DNA from: a virus
IMG/VR virus record: IMGVR_UViG_3300032285_004073
Location: 32,001 to 96,000 of that record
DNA length: 64,000 nt
Direction: 5' to 3' (one strand)
Part shown: one piece after another, positions 27,929 through 37,736 of the stretch
How the letters are laid out: each line of letters begins with the position of its first letter
Position numbering within the stretch: the first letter of the stretch is position 1
Notes under the pieces: model-generated
Database searches by the model: none
Told to the model about the DNA's origin: nothing
Seen by the model: only the letters and a program-made list of their open reading frames with translations
Translations under genes and position numbers: made by a program

Positions 27929-29317
27929 TCACCCCTCATCATCTAAATTCTCTATAAGATTAAGTGTGTCTGCTATACTTTGAATACCACCACTAATAGA
28001 TCCTGGTATATTTCTCCTTTGAGAATTAAATGATTGTGCTACGCTGTCTGGGTCTCTAAGAGTAAGTGTAGGATAGTCAATTTCTAAAACCGTATGACAT
28101 TCTCTAGGCCCGAAGCGGTTTTTTGTAATACCCAAATGAATAATACCTAATTCAAAATCTTCTTCTTCCGTCCAAATAGAGAATTGAGCATCTGCAGTAT
28201 GAGCAAGACCCATAGATTCAGATACTGTTTCCAATCCTGGATTATTTTGATCATATGCCGACCTATTAGCCTGTGTTGCAGAAATAACCGGACAGGAAAA
28301 ATAATAAGACAATGCTCTAATCTGTTCTGTAATATGTTTGATTGCCTCGTAAGAATTAGTTCCTCTTTCTGGTGGCGCCACTAGATTTAAATAATCTAAT
28401 ACGATAGCATCTGGTTTAATACCTTTCTTAACCAATCTCTCTAAGAATGCTTTGATTTGAATAGGAGTAATGGCTTTGGGAGGAAATTCTTTAATAATAA
28501 GCTTAGCATCTTGATGTCTTAATTTATAAGCATTAAGTGAGTCTTTAAGAGGATCAATTTGCATAGGCAAATCATTCATAGCAATGCGAGACAATGAGGA
28601 ACTAATGCGTTTAGCATAAACCTGCTCTGCCATTTCCAAAGTAATAAGGACAACGGTTTTATTTTGACTAAGAATGTTTGTAGCAATATTACCTAAGAAA
28701 ATAGATTTACCGACATTGGTGACTCCATAAAATACATAAAGTGCTCTACCTTCTGCCATAAAACCACCACCAATTTTATCATCTAACCATTTCCAACCAG
28801 AAGGAATAGTTTTAAATACCTTCTGGAGATCTTCGCAATGCTTATCAATTTGCTCTAGATAATCTAATCCAAAGCTTTCTACCAATGAAATACTACATGC
28901 CTTTTCAAAATCTTCTAAAATTTGAGAAGAATTAATAGTGCCAGATTGTACATCTACGGATGTTTTAAGAACTGTATTATATACAGCCTTTTCTTTAAGA
29001 AATTTTTCTGTGTTAACTAATAATACTTCTTTATCGTAATTTTTATCAATATCTGTAAAGCTTAAAGCTACACTTTTTAATGCGTCTCTTTTTTCTGGCT
29101 CTATTAAATGAACTTTAAGTTCTGTAATATTTGGTATTTTATTATAAGTTGAATAAAAATTAGCTAAAGATTCAAATACAGTTCTTATATTCTTATTCTC
29201 AAAATAAGACGGTTTGGCATGTTCAATAATACTTTCCAAGTATATTGGATCAACCAAAGAATTGTATATCATGATCTTCTCAAAAAGATCATAATCTATA
29301 GGTAATGATTTAATCAC
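27929..29317 (-). CDS. gp41: Replicative DnaB-like helicase (T4 gp41-like)
   Basis: IPSGWKWLD, GVTNVGKS, ITLEMAE, IKEFP, VLDYLNL, SATQANR, SESMGLAHTAD, KNRFG. Confidence 0.95.
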   Translation of the reverse strand: MIKSLPIDYDLFEKIMIYNSLVDPIYLESIIEHAKPSYFENKNIRTVFESLANFYSTYNKIPNITELKVHLIEPEKRDALKSVALSFTDIDKNYDKEVLLVNTEKFLKEKAVYNTVLKTSVDVQSGTINSSQILEDFEKACSISLVESFGLDYLEQIDKHCEDLQKVFKTIPSGWKWLDDKIGGGFMAEGRALYVFYGVTNVGKSIFLGNIATNILSQNKTVVLITLEMAEQVYAKRISSSLSRIAMNDLPMQIDPLKDSLNAYKLRHQDAKLIIKEFPPKAITPIQIKAFLERLVKKGIKPDAIVLDYLNLVAPPERGTNSYEAIKHITEQIRALSYYFSCPVISATQANRSAYDQNNPGLETVSESMGLAHTADAQFSIWTEEEDFELGIIHLGITKNRFGPRECHTVLEIDYPTLTLRDPDSVAQSFNSQRRNIPGSISGGIQSIADTLNLIENLDDEG

Positions 29318-29328
29318 TCAAATAGAAA

Positions 29329-29511
29329 TTAACGACCCCAACTAGTGCCACCAAAAAGATTTGAAAATCCATTTGTAGTATTATTCCCCACAGATGCTGC
29401 TTTCGGCGCTGGTTTATGGATAATATTATTCAAATGCTGAATATTAATATCTTCTTCCAATTGATCTGGGTTCATTTTATTTAATTCGTCTCTTAATTGT
29501 TTGTATGTCAT
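29329..29511 (-). CDS. Hypothetical protein
   Basis: 60 aa ORF filling the gap between helicase and queD. Confidence 0.5.
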   Translation of the reverse strand: MTYKQLRDELNKMNPDQLEEDINIQHLNNIIHKPAPKAASVGNNTTNGFSNLFGGTSWGR

Positions 29512-29515
29512 AATT

Positions 29516-30037
29516 TTATACTCCTGGTCTATTACTAATTATAGGTGAAGATGTTTGGGAGGTCACGGATGGATGTATTTTTAAAGAAATATCTTCTTTA
29601 GAATAAATTGCTGAATTATTTTCGTGTTCAAATACCTCAACCTTGTCTACCCAACATCTGTCACCGTATTGCTCTTTAATAAAATCCGATGCTGTTTTAA
29701 AACACCATTCTGCTGCTCTTTCTATACCAACACCTTCTGGCATGATTCTTAAAACTGCAGCTCCCCTTTCTTCAAGTTGCTTCCAAAGATCAAGACAAGG
29801 ATCATCTGCTGCAACACAAAGCGTATGATCAAATTGATTTTGTAATATATCTTTAAGAGGTTTAAGACCCCCGAAATCTACCGCCCAATTACGAAAATCT
29901 AATTCTTTGCAACCAAACCAAAATTTGGCTTTGAGTTGATATCCATGTACATATTGACAATGACTATGTTGTGCTCCGTATTGTCTAAAAGCACATGATC
30001 CTAATTCTATTACTTTTGTTGATGTATAATTACTCAT
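29516..30037 (-). CDS. queD: 6-carboxy-5,6,7,8-tetrahydropterin synthase (QueD)
   Basis: CAFRQ..HSHCQYVHGY, VDFGGLK, FDHTL, VEVFEHENNSA; ATG 30037 (MSNYTSTK). Confidence 0.92.
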   Translation of the reverse strand: MSNYTSTKVIELGSCAFRQYGAQHSHCQYVHGYQLKAKFWFGCKELDFRNWAVDFGGLKPLKDILQNQFDHTLCVAADDPCLDLWKQLEERGAAVLRIMPEGVGIERAAEWCFKTASDFIKEQYGDRCWVDKVEVFEHENNSAIYSKEDISLKIHPSVTSQTSSPIISNRPGV

Positions 30038-31196
30038 TTTCTTCGTTATTATTTTCCTCTGATAAAAAATCGTCTTCAATATCTACTTCTTCTGTTATAG
30101 AAGCATTATTAAAACAAAGTTGGGTCTTAAGTTTTTCTTCTAAAGATGGAAGAATTTTATTCCAAACTTCTTCATCATCCTTCCAATCTTTGAAGAAGCC
30201 TAATATTTCTCCATTAAAAGAATGTCGGTGACCCACTTTCTCCAAGACACCGTATCCTTCACACATTTCAAGTAGACCGGAATATTTGTTAAGACCCGTT
30301 CTAAAATTCAAATACATTTCTGTTTCTAAATAAGGAGGAACAAATCGATTTTTAGTAGTAAGAGCTCTAAGAGTCAATCCATTAATATCTTTGGATAAAG
30401 GAGTAACGTCTGTATTAGCATCTTTATTTTTACTATCGCTTGACCTTTCTGCCTTCTTAGCCATTTGAACAATAACTGATGCCATATATAGAGGTCCAGA
30501 TCCTCCTGCTTGTTTTTTGATAGCTGAAGGATGAAGCTGGGAAGGATCCTCATAGATATGATTAGTAAAAACTACTGGACAATTAGCCTTAGCAGCTGAA
30601 TGTGTAATAGCCCTCATCATACTCTTTAAAGCCTTGGCTCTGTTTCCCATGTCTGGAGTGTCAGAACCTTCATCAATCTTTTTCTTTTCTTGGGTTGTAA
30701 TAAGATTACCTAAAGAATCAATAACAATAAGTACCTTACCTTGTAAACCTTTTTGTATAACATTGTCTAAAAATTTAACAATTTGATTGCGACAATTTTC
30801 TGTTATCTCGCTTGGAACGTGTTTGATTTTAGAAGAATCACATCCTAAACGTGAAGCTGTTGCTTCATCCAATGCACCTTCTGTATCAAAATATGCAACA
30901 TGCATACCTTTCATAAATTGTGCATTAGCCATTACTTTATTACACATAAGAGTCTTACCACAAGATTCTGGCCCAATAAATCCAGTCAATCTTCCCATAG
31001 GAATTCCACCATAAAGTGAACCTGAAATAATTGCATTTAAAGCATAACTTCCAGTGTCAATCCAATCTTTTACAGTTGAAAGACTATTTTTATCAAGATA
31101 TGCTGCTTCAGGATTTAAATCCTCTAAAACCTTAAAGGCATCTTCAATAGTGCCACCGGTTACTTCTTCTGTATCTGTTTTCTTTTTGTATGCCAT
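30030..31196 (-). CDS. uvsX: RecA-like recombinase (UvsX)
   Basis: DTGSYALNAIISG..GGIP, GPESCGKT, YFDTEGA, IDSLGNL, DMGNRAK, FTNHIY, GGSGPLY, KNRFVPP; ATG 31196. Confidence 0.95.
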   Translation of the reverse strand: MAYKKKTDTEEVTGGTIEDAFKVLEDLNPEAAYLDKNSLSTVKDWIDTGSYALNAIISGSLYGGIPMGRLTGFIGPESCGKTLMCNKVMANAQFMKGMHVAYFDTEGALDEATASRLGCDSSKIKHVPSEITENCRNQIVKFLDNVIQKGLQGKVLIVIDSLGNLITTQEKKKIDEGSDTPDMGNRAKALKSMMRAITHSAAKANCPVVFTNHIYEDPSQLHPSAIKKQAGGSGPLYMASVIVQMAKKAERSSDSKNKDANTDVTPLSKDINGLTLRALTTKNRFVPPYLETEMYLNFRTGLNKYSGLLEMCEGYGVLEKVGHRHSFNGEILGFFKDWKDDEEVWNKILPSLEEKLKTQLCFNNASITEEVDIEDDFLSEENNNEENE

Positions 31197-31203
31197 ATAA
31201 TAT

Positions 31204-31231
31204 ATAATAACAAAAAAGCTCAACTTGTCAA
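31204..31231 (-). promoter_or_regulatory. Sigma70-like promoter for uvsX (TTGACA-16-TATTAT)
   Basis: Minus strand TTGACA at 31231-31226, TATTAT at 31209-31204, ATG 7 nt later. Confidence 0.6.
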
Positions 31232-31247
31232 TGACAAATTGAGCTTT
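31212..31247 (-). terminator. Intrinsic terminator-like hairpin after the 129 aa gene
   Basis: Minus strand AAAGCTCAAT-TTGTCA-T-TGACAA-G-TTGAGCTTT followed by further T residues. Confidence 0.65.
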
Positions 31248-31269
31248 AAAGTGTTAAACTAGATCTTTT

Positions 31270-31659
31270 TTACTCATCAAAAAGATTAATCACTCCGCCC
31301 TTACCACCAGGGGAAGCTGGTTCAGAAGGTGGAACAAAGATGTTACTCTTATTAAACATCTGGCTGTATTGTGCCTGAAGTCGGAAATCAATAGCTTCAA
31401 TACTGGTCTCTGTAATGTTAGCCTTCTTGTAGAAGAAGGTGACATCATCCGTCTTATCAGGAAGGAACTCCCTGAAAAAGATTGGAAGCAACTGAACAGA
31501 CATTCTACCGGATTGATCCTGTGGTACTACATTAAGTACAACTGGATTCTTCAAGGCAAGAACACTGTCAGTGGTCTGATCAGCAACGACTTCACCCAAA
31601 AGGGTGCGGCCAACTGTGTCTAGGATGGTTGTTAGGTTTGTTGTTGTTGTTTCGCTCAT
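31270..31659 (-). CDS. Hypothetical protein (beta-rich, Sm/SH3-like pattern)
   Basis: 129 aa; GRTLLGEVV..VLALKNPVVL..MSVQLLPIFF; GTAAATA 7 nt upstream; GC-shifted codons. Confidence 0.65.
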   Translation of the reverse strand: MSETTTTNLTTILDTVGRTLLGEVVADQTTDSVLALKNPVVLNVVPQDQSGRMSVQLLPIFFREFLPDKTDDVTFFYKKANITETSIEAIDFRLQAQYSQMFNKSNIFVPPSEPASPGGKGGVINLFDE

Positions 31660-31669
31660 AAAATATTAT

Positions 31670-32335
31670 TTACTTGGTTTCTTTTATAGGCAACGGATTC
31701 CATTGCAAAGCTTCTGAAGTATTTGGAAAGATTTCTGCAAAAATATTTCTAATAGCTAATGCTATTTCTCTATGTTCTTTTTGCGTATCTTCTTTAGTTC
31801 TTAAATCTAAATAATGTATCCAAGATCTTAAAGTACCACTCATATATAAAGTAGTTTGTGTACAAAGAGGTAAAATCATTCTAGCGGTTTCTCTCGCAGC
31901 TCCTCTTTCTAAGAGATTATCATATAATTTAGCAGATTCTATTAAATGATTTTGTATTAATTTTAAATCTTCTTCGCCCAGTGGAAGAGTATCTGTGCTG
32001 GATTGTCTATTTTTTTCAGATTGTATTCTCAATTCAAAAGGTTCAAAATCTGTAACAGGACTATATCTTTGACTAAATTCTTGAAAAGAAAAACTTCTGT
32101 GACGAAGAATTTGAGCTGCTATAGCTCTGGATGTTTTAATTTCAACTGTAACACTAACCATTTCATATGGAGACCAGTGTTTATGTTCAATTAAATATTT
32201 TAATAATTTAGGTGCTGTCTGTGTATTTAATTGATTAGAAGGGTTGGATACCCTTGCACAATAAACCACAAAATCTTCTGGTGATAAAACACCTTCTATT
32301 ATAGGTTCTGTAATACCAACTATTCTTACTTGCAT
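31670..32335 (-). CDS. thyX: FAD-dependent thymidylate synthase
   Basis: YCARVS, HWSPYEM, QILRHRSFSFQEFSQRY, ARETARMILP, LRSWIHY, TQKEHRE. Confidence 0.97.
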   Translation of the reverse strand: MQVRIVGITEPIIEGVLSPEDFVVYCARVSNPSNQLNTQTAPKLLKYLIEHKHWSPYEMVSVTVEIKTSRAIAAQILRHRSFSFQEFSQRYSPVTDFEPFELRIQSEKNRQSSTDTLPLGEEDLKLIQNHLIESAKLYDNLLERGAARETARMILPLCTQTTLYMSGTLRSWIHYLDLRTKEDTQKEHREIALAIRNIFAEIFPNTSEALQWNPLPIKETK

Positions 32336-33204
32336 AAAAGGATCTCTTTAAAAAGATTAATATTCTCTTCTACATATTCTAATTGAGAATCTGATATTTC
32401 ATTTTCAAAAATATCTACCATCTTCTCTGTAATTTTATGTTCTAAATTAACATTATTTTCATAACTCTTAAGATTATATCCCATTAATACTGGATGTGAG
32501 GTATCAATTGTTTCTATAAAAGAATAAAGTTCTCCTTTATAATTTATAAATTCAGTCGGCAAACCACATCCAAGTAAATGATGTGGTTTGGTATAATCTA
32601 TAATACCATCTTCAATAAATTGTTGTAAAAGAATAGGTCTAAAAACTGAATAAGCAGTTGGTTTCCACACTTCTTTTATTCTTTTTTCATTATTAAGAGG
32701 ACTAGAAGTAATAGCTGTGAAAACATCTCTGTCCATTTTTTCTAAAGCTTGCTGCCAAAAATAATCATAACCAAAGCTAATAGCTATTTTATCTGCATGT
32801 TCTCTCATGAATAAATAGGAATCCTTTAATTCCTGGTAATTTTTTCCTTGGATAACTCCTATAGCCTTTCCGCGGAAAGTTCCTCTATCAAATTTTACTA
32901 GGAACTCTTCAAAACTCTTAATATTTGCTTCATAATTCTGAAAAACATCTGGTATTATATACTCATCCGGCTCTAATTCATAGAGCCAATTAATAAATTT
33001 ATCATGGTTATAAGCTTCACCAAGTTCATAAAGACTATTATCTAAAATAATTTTGCGTCCTAACTTTTTTGATTTAAAGAAAAAATCTCTATATTCTTTA
33101 TTTTCTTCCAATAAATGAACTAATGCATAGTCATAATCGGTTAATCCTCTGACTCTTTCCATTATTTTTAATGGTGCTTCGTGTGCTACTAACATATATT
33201 TCAA
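32326..33204 (-). CDS. TGT/DpdA-like TIM-barrel protein (candidate 7-deazaguanine insertase)
   Basis: IILDNSLYE (cf. TGT/DpdA DSG motif), IIPDV, IGVIQG, HHLLG, ETIDTSHP; que genes nearby; start TTG 33204 or ATG 33195. Confidence 0.68.
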   Translation of the reverse strand: MKYMLVAHEAPLKIMERVRGLTDYDYALVHLLEENKEYRDFFFKSKKLGRKIILDNSLYELGEAYNHDKFINWLYELEPDEYIIPDVFQNYEANIKSFEEFLVKFDRGTFRGKAIGVIQGKNYQELKDSYLFMREHADKIAISFGYDYFWQQALEKMDRDVFTAITSSPLNNEKRIKEVWKPTAYSVFRPILLQQFIEDGIIDYTKPHHLLGCGLPTEFINYKGELYSFIETIDTSHPVLMGYNLKSYENNVNLEHKITEKMVDIFENEISDSQLEYVEENINLFKEILLCK

Positions 33205-33217
33205 TTATTATACTCTA

Positions 33218-35791
33218 TTAAGAAAATAAATCAAACAAATCTGTTTGAACTTCTGTGCCTAAAGCTGGTATATCCCATCCGATACACTCATAAACTCTTT
33301 GAATAGGAGGTGCAACCATCTTATCGAACATCATTTGGTGATTAATTTTGATGTGCTCGTTGAGTTCATCTGGGTATAAATCTATAAATGCCATTACTTT
33401 ATAATTAAATGGATTTTTAGATGCATAAAAATATTTCATTTTCATACCGCTTGTAATAGATTCATGCAAATGGTCAATCTTATAATGCTTTAATAAGTGA
33501 TTATAATGAATAGCTGCCTTGGCATGAATAGGAGTTCCTTTACCAATCTTGCCAAAATCATCCATTTTAGCTTCTTGTTTTTCTAAATCTGAAATTTTAC
33601 TTCTAATAGAAAGCTCTTCAGCTTTCATTTCTTTAAATTTGTTATAAGATTCTCTAAAAATTTCATTAGACTTCTTTTTATCCTCTGAAAGCATTGCTAA
33701 TTCAATAACATTTTTAATTAATTTTTTAACAGTATCTGATATAGATGAACGAGCTACTTCAACACCTACATATTTAAAAGGGTCTTTCGGTATATAACCT
33801 TCTTTATCTAAAATATGGAGTATATACCTTTTCTTTTCCATGAAGAGACCCACGTCACAAATGGTTTCTTGTTTAAATACAAATCTAGGATCTGAAGATT
33901 TTAATTGTTCTCTAGCCCAAACTAGAATTTCTGTATTGAGATAGGTATCAATTTCTTTTGTTATTTCCCTTGCTTCATCTGTCAATTTACCATCTTCAAC
34001 AAGTTTTATATTTAAATGTGTAAGAATAGGTTGTATGGAGAAATATGCTGAATCAGTGTCACCATAAAGATATATTTTTTCTTTATCAACTTTGCAACCT
34101 TTCTTTAAGGCATATTCATAAACGATCTCAGCTGCTTGTTTAACTACAGACTGACCCGTTAACGTAATACTAGCTGAATGATCTATATCAAATAATGGTG
34201 AATATTTTTGAGCAAATACTCCATAGATGGAATTCAATACAAGTTTATAAACATTTTGTTGTGTATCTAAATTAAGAATTTCTTGTTCTATTTTATTTTT
34301 TTCATCTTTATCTTTAATAGAACGTATCAATTTCTCTCTTTTAATCATTTCATTCTTAGCCTCGACACGCTCTTTATATAAGCGATCAATCAGATTAGGA
34401 ATGACTCCTTTAAACTTTTGTGTATATAATACGTTATATTTTGATATAGAAAGATTTTCTTTTTGTACAAGTCTATTAAATTTCTCTTCTGAAAGAGTTA
34501 CGGTTTTTTCATTGGCTAATTTAATAGTATATTGTTTATCTTCTATAGTGGTTATTTTGCCTATTTTTGTCTCTGGAGATATATTAAGAGTAATGATAGT
34601 GTTGGGATATAGACTATTTGCATCATAACTTACAACAGATTTACTCAAACCGCGTTCCGGTTCATGCACATATCCTCCAACATATTCATCTCGTTCTCCT
34701 TCATTTTTAAAAGTTGGTATTTTATATCCCTGTATAAAGGCTTGATGTGCTACAGCTCCGGTAATCATGGATACTTTGCCCATGGCCTGTTCAAAAGGAA
34801 TAAAACCTTTATAAGAAAGAGTACGAATCAATTTAATAAATTTTAATTTTTCATCAAGCTTAACTAAAATTCTTACGTCCTGAATATTATAATCAACAAA
34901 CAACTCCCAATTATCAATTGATAATTGGGCAAGATTGGATCCACCTGTATCAATCTTTCCTTCTTTTAATTCATATTCACCTACATAATTAAGAGAATAA
35001 GATTCTCTATCACCTCTTGAAAAGGTTTTATAAACTTCCATGTAATCAATGTTACTCACACCTCGGATGTACCAACGATTGATCATTTTACCAAATTTAT
35101 TCATGGCCACATTCTCTCTATAATAGAGAGAATTTACCGGTGAAAGTCTAGCTGCATCTTCTTCTCCAAATAGATTATGTAATCTATTCATGATATAAGG
35201 AATATCAAATCCTTCTCCATTCCAAGTACAAAGCATATCTGGAGGATCTTTCTCCCAAAATTCTAAAAATGCTTGAAGCATTTCTGTTTCTCTTGAATGG
35301 CAAAAATAGGTTATATTTTTTTCTTTAGGTTTATAAGGTTTCTGCCCCCAAGAATAATAATGATTGTTTATAGAATCATAAAGAGTAATAAGATTAATAG
35401 GATCCTTAGCTAATTCTGGAACCGGAAATTCATTAGGAGAATAGGTTTCTATATCCAAAAAGTAAACCTTTAACGGATGCTGACCAAAGTCTAATTTGTG
35501 AATTTCATCTTTATAAGTTGAAAGAAGAAAATCCTGTTCGCAACTAAGATTATTAAATAATCTTTTAATAGGTGTCTCATTGACAAATTTACTCCTATCA
35601 AACTGATTTTTAAATGTAACTTTCTTTAACGGTGTGTTAAAGATCGAAGTAGCATCATGAGCTGATGAAGACTCAATATAAAGATGAGGTTCGTAATCAG
35701 CCACAAGCTTAATGCGATTACCTTTTTCATCCCAAGTCCAAAGATGAATAACTCCTTGTCTTCCATCATAAAAAATATTTCTCCATGCCAT
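33218..35791 (-). CDS. gp43: Family B DNA polymerase (T4 gp43-like)
   Basis: Exo DIETY, WNGEGFDIPY, YNIQDV; Pol YDANSLYP, KLVLNSIYG, YGDTDS, KKRY; C-terminal QTDLFDLFS clamp-binding-like motif. Confidence 0.97.
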   Translation of the reverse strand: MAWRNIFYDGRQGVIHLWTWDEKGNRIKLVADYEPHLYIESSSAHDATSIFNTPLKKVTFKNQFDRSKFVNETPIKRLFNNLSCEQDFLLSTYKDEIHKLDFGQHPLKVYFLDIETYSPNEFPVPELAKDPINLITLYDSINNHYYSWGQKPYKPKEKNITYFCHSRETEMLQAFLEFWEKDPPDMLCTWNGEGFDIPYIMNRLHNLFGEEDAARLSPVNSLYYRENVAMNKFGKMINRWYIRGVSNIDYMEVYKTFSRGDRESYSLNYVGEYELKEGKIDTGGSNLAQLSIDNWELFVDYNIQDVRILVKLDEKLKFIKLIRTLSYKGFIPFEQAMGKVSMITGAVAHQAFIQGYKIPTFKNEGERDEYVGGYVHEPERGLSKSVVSYDANSLYPNTIITLNISPETKIGKITTIEDKQYTIKLANEKTVTLSEEKFNRLVQKENLSISKYNVLYTQKFKGVIPNLIDRLYKERVEAKNEMIKREKLIRSIKDKDEKNKIEQEILNLDTQQNVYKLVLNSIYGVFAQKYSPLFDIDHSASITLTGQSVVKQAAEIVYEYALKKGCKVDKEKIYLYGDTDSAYFSIQPILTHLNIKLVEDGKLTDEAREITKEIDTYLNTEILVWAREQLKSSDPRFVFKQETICDVGLFMEKKRYILHILDKEGYIPKDPFKYVGVEVARSSISDTVKKLIKNVIELAMLSEDKKKSNEIFRESYNKFKEMKAEELSIRSKISDLEKQEAKMDDFGKIGKGTPIHAKAAIHYNHLLKHYKIDHLHESITSGMKMKYFYASKNPFNYKVMAFIDLYPDELNEHIKINHQMMFDKMVAPPIQRVYECIGWDIPALGTEVQTDLFDLFS

Positions 35792-35800
35792 ATTAAGATA

Positions 35801-36337
35801 TTATACTACCTTAATACCATTTTCAATGAATTCTTTTACTTCATCATCAATAATAGGATTACCTTCGTGGAGGATATCTGAAACCTTTTTATACAAATCA
35901 AAGGCTTTACGCTCGAAGAAATTTGTAGCTTTCACAAAACCTAAGGTATCAATCCAACAATTCATCTGTGGATATTGTGGTGCTGCATGAAAAATACAAC
36001 CATTGTGAAAATTACCAATCCAACAAAGAAGAAAAATAGCACCTTTAAGCTCTTTGTCTTTAACCATATATTCAAAAAATACAGCTCTTTCTTCTGGAGC
36101 TTTGCCTACATATCTATTTAATTTGGTAATATATTCTCCGTCTAGAAAGATAATAGAACGTCCTTTAGTAGTCACATGCTCTTTAAGAACTTTGACATTA
36201 TTATCATTCATATAAACCTTTCTCAAAGTAGGCCATTTTACATTTACACCTCTTGTAGAGAAAAAGGGAGACTCCTGCAAAGGCTGTCTATTCATGGACA
36301 CTTTTTTATTTTGACGAAGGTCTAATGTATTACTCAT
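35801..36337 (-). CDS. Hypothetical protein
   Basis: 178 aa; TACTAT -10-like box 6 nt upstream. Confidence 0.55.
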   Translation of the reverse strand: MSNTLDLRQNKKVSMNRQPLQESPFFSTRGVNVKWPTLRKVYMNDNNVKVLKEHVTTKGRSIIFLDGEYITKLNRYVGKAPEERAVFFEYMVKDKELKGAIFLLCWIGNFHNGCIFHAAPQYPQMNCWIDTLGFVKATNFFERKAFDLYKKVSDILHEGNPIIDDEVKEFIENGIKVV

Positions 36338-36381
36338 ACATTAATAGTATGATAAAACATTAGGAAAACCAACAAAATAAT

Positions 36382-37701
36382 TTACACCTTTTGATCCAAG
36401 TTATTTGCTATAAGAGTTGGGCTCTTTTCATTTCTTTCTTTAGATCCAAAATCTGTAAAATACAAAGCCTCATATTCATCTAAATGATCTTCTAACCAAA
36501 GACCTTCTGTAAATTTACGAGACTTATCTGAGAATTTCATATATCGATCAAAATCTGATGTGAGATATTCTAATTGCTGAATAAGATCTGATCCGTTTTT
36601 GAATGAAAAATCTGCACCCTCATATGTGCAAATATCTTGATAAGCGCCTGGCATACCAAAAGCTCCGGCTTCAATCATTTTAATATTGCTCTTAGATTTA
36701 TTAAAAACATTATCTTGGAGAGGTGCAAATGAAACATTACAGTCTGTGTCATACAATGCTTGAGGTAAATCCGGAAGAGGAGACCATTCTAGGTATTCCA
36801 TTTCACCATTATCAATATAAGGTTTAACAGCAAGAGGGAAACATCCCTTCCAAACAAATTTAAATTTCTTGCGAGCTTTAATAATATCTTGTACTACATG
36901 CTCAAAATCATCCTTCATTCCAGTTTTATTGACTACATCTATATGTGTGCCAGAACCTGCATAAAGAACGCGAGGACGCTTTTTATTTTTTTCAAAAAGC
37001 TCTATAATTCGATTTCTATTGTAGTAGCGATCAAGCCAAGATTTAGGCGCATAATTTGGAATAACTGTGATATTTTTATTGCCTGTCTTATCTATATAAT
37101 AATCTTTCATATATTGACAAGTGACGGATATTTCATCCATCATACTCATAATATCTAGAATACTAGAGATAATATCTTGACTTACAAAAGCTTCTTTACA
37201 ACGATTATAATCTGGAATATCATCTTTAAAAACTATATCGTCTACTTCATAAATCATGCGAAAACCCATATCCTTTTTAACTCTCGTAAGTTCTCTAATA
37301 AACTCTCTCTGAACTGGAGTTGCTTGTCTTTGCATTCTAATAGCCTTAATGCCTTGATAAAATCTAAGATCCAATACCATGCATGTAAGACCTGAAATAC
37401 AGGCTTTCTGATATTGATTTAAATTAAGCTCCGGCCAAATCATTCTCCAAAACCCGCATCCACCATAATCAGCATAATAATTTAGGGCTCTAGGTAAATT
37501 ACTTTCTGGCATCTCAACTGGTGGCGGAGATGGCATACTAATGGGATTGGCTGCTACATAAGAAAAATTGGGTGTTCCGTGAGGTAATGCAGGAGCATTG
37601 GGTATACCTGCACTAAATGCTTTGTATTCATAAACTATACGATTACTAGTATCAATACTATTTGAAGCAGGAGAAGCATTATTCTTAATTTTTAAAGCCA
37701 T
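36382..37701 (-). CDS. GT-B (GT4-like) glycosyltransferase
   Basis: GCGFWRMIWP, IYEVDD, VIPNY, VLYAGSGTH, APLQDNVFNKSKSNIKMIEAGAFGMP. Confidence 0.85.
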   Translation of the reverse strand: MALKIKNNASPASNSIDTSNRIVYEYKAFSAGIPNAPALPHGTPNFSYVAANPISMPSPPPVEMPESNLPRALNYYADYGGCGFWRMIWPELNLNQYQKACISGLTCMVLDLRFYQGIKAIRMQRQATPVQREFIRELTRVKKDMGFRMIYEVDDIVFKDDIPDYNRCKEAFVSQDIISSILDIMSMMDEISVTCQYMKDYYIDKTGNKNITVIPNYAPKSWLDRYYNRNRIIELFEKNKKRPRVLYAGSGTHIDVVNKTGMKDDFEHVVQDIIKARKKFKFVWKGCFPLAVKPYIDNGEMEYLEWSPLPDLPQALYDTDCNVSFAPLQDNVFNKSKSNIKMIEAGAFGMPGAYQDICTYEGADFSFKNGSDLIQQLEYLTSDFDRYMKFSDKSRKFTEGLWLEDHLDEYEALYFTDFGSKERNEKSPTLIANNLDQKV

Positions 37702-37736
37702 ATAGTTAAATTTATCTATCTACTATCTAAAATCAA

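Noticed and set aside
11646-35791. Inteins or group I introns in terminase, helicase, UvsX, ThyX or polymerase
   Set aside because: Lengths are typical, motifs are contiguous, and no splice-junction or LAGLIDADG motifs were seen
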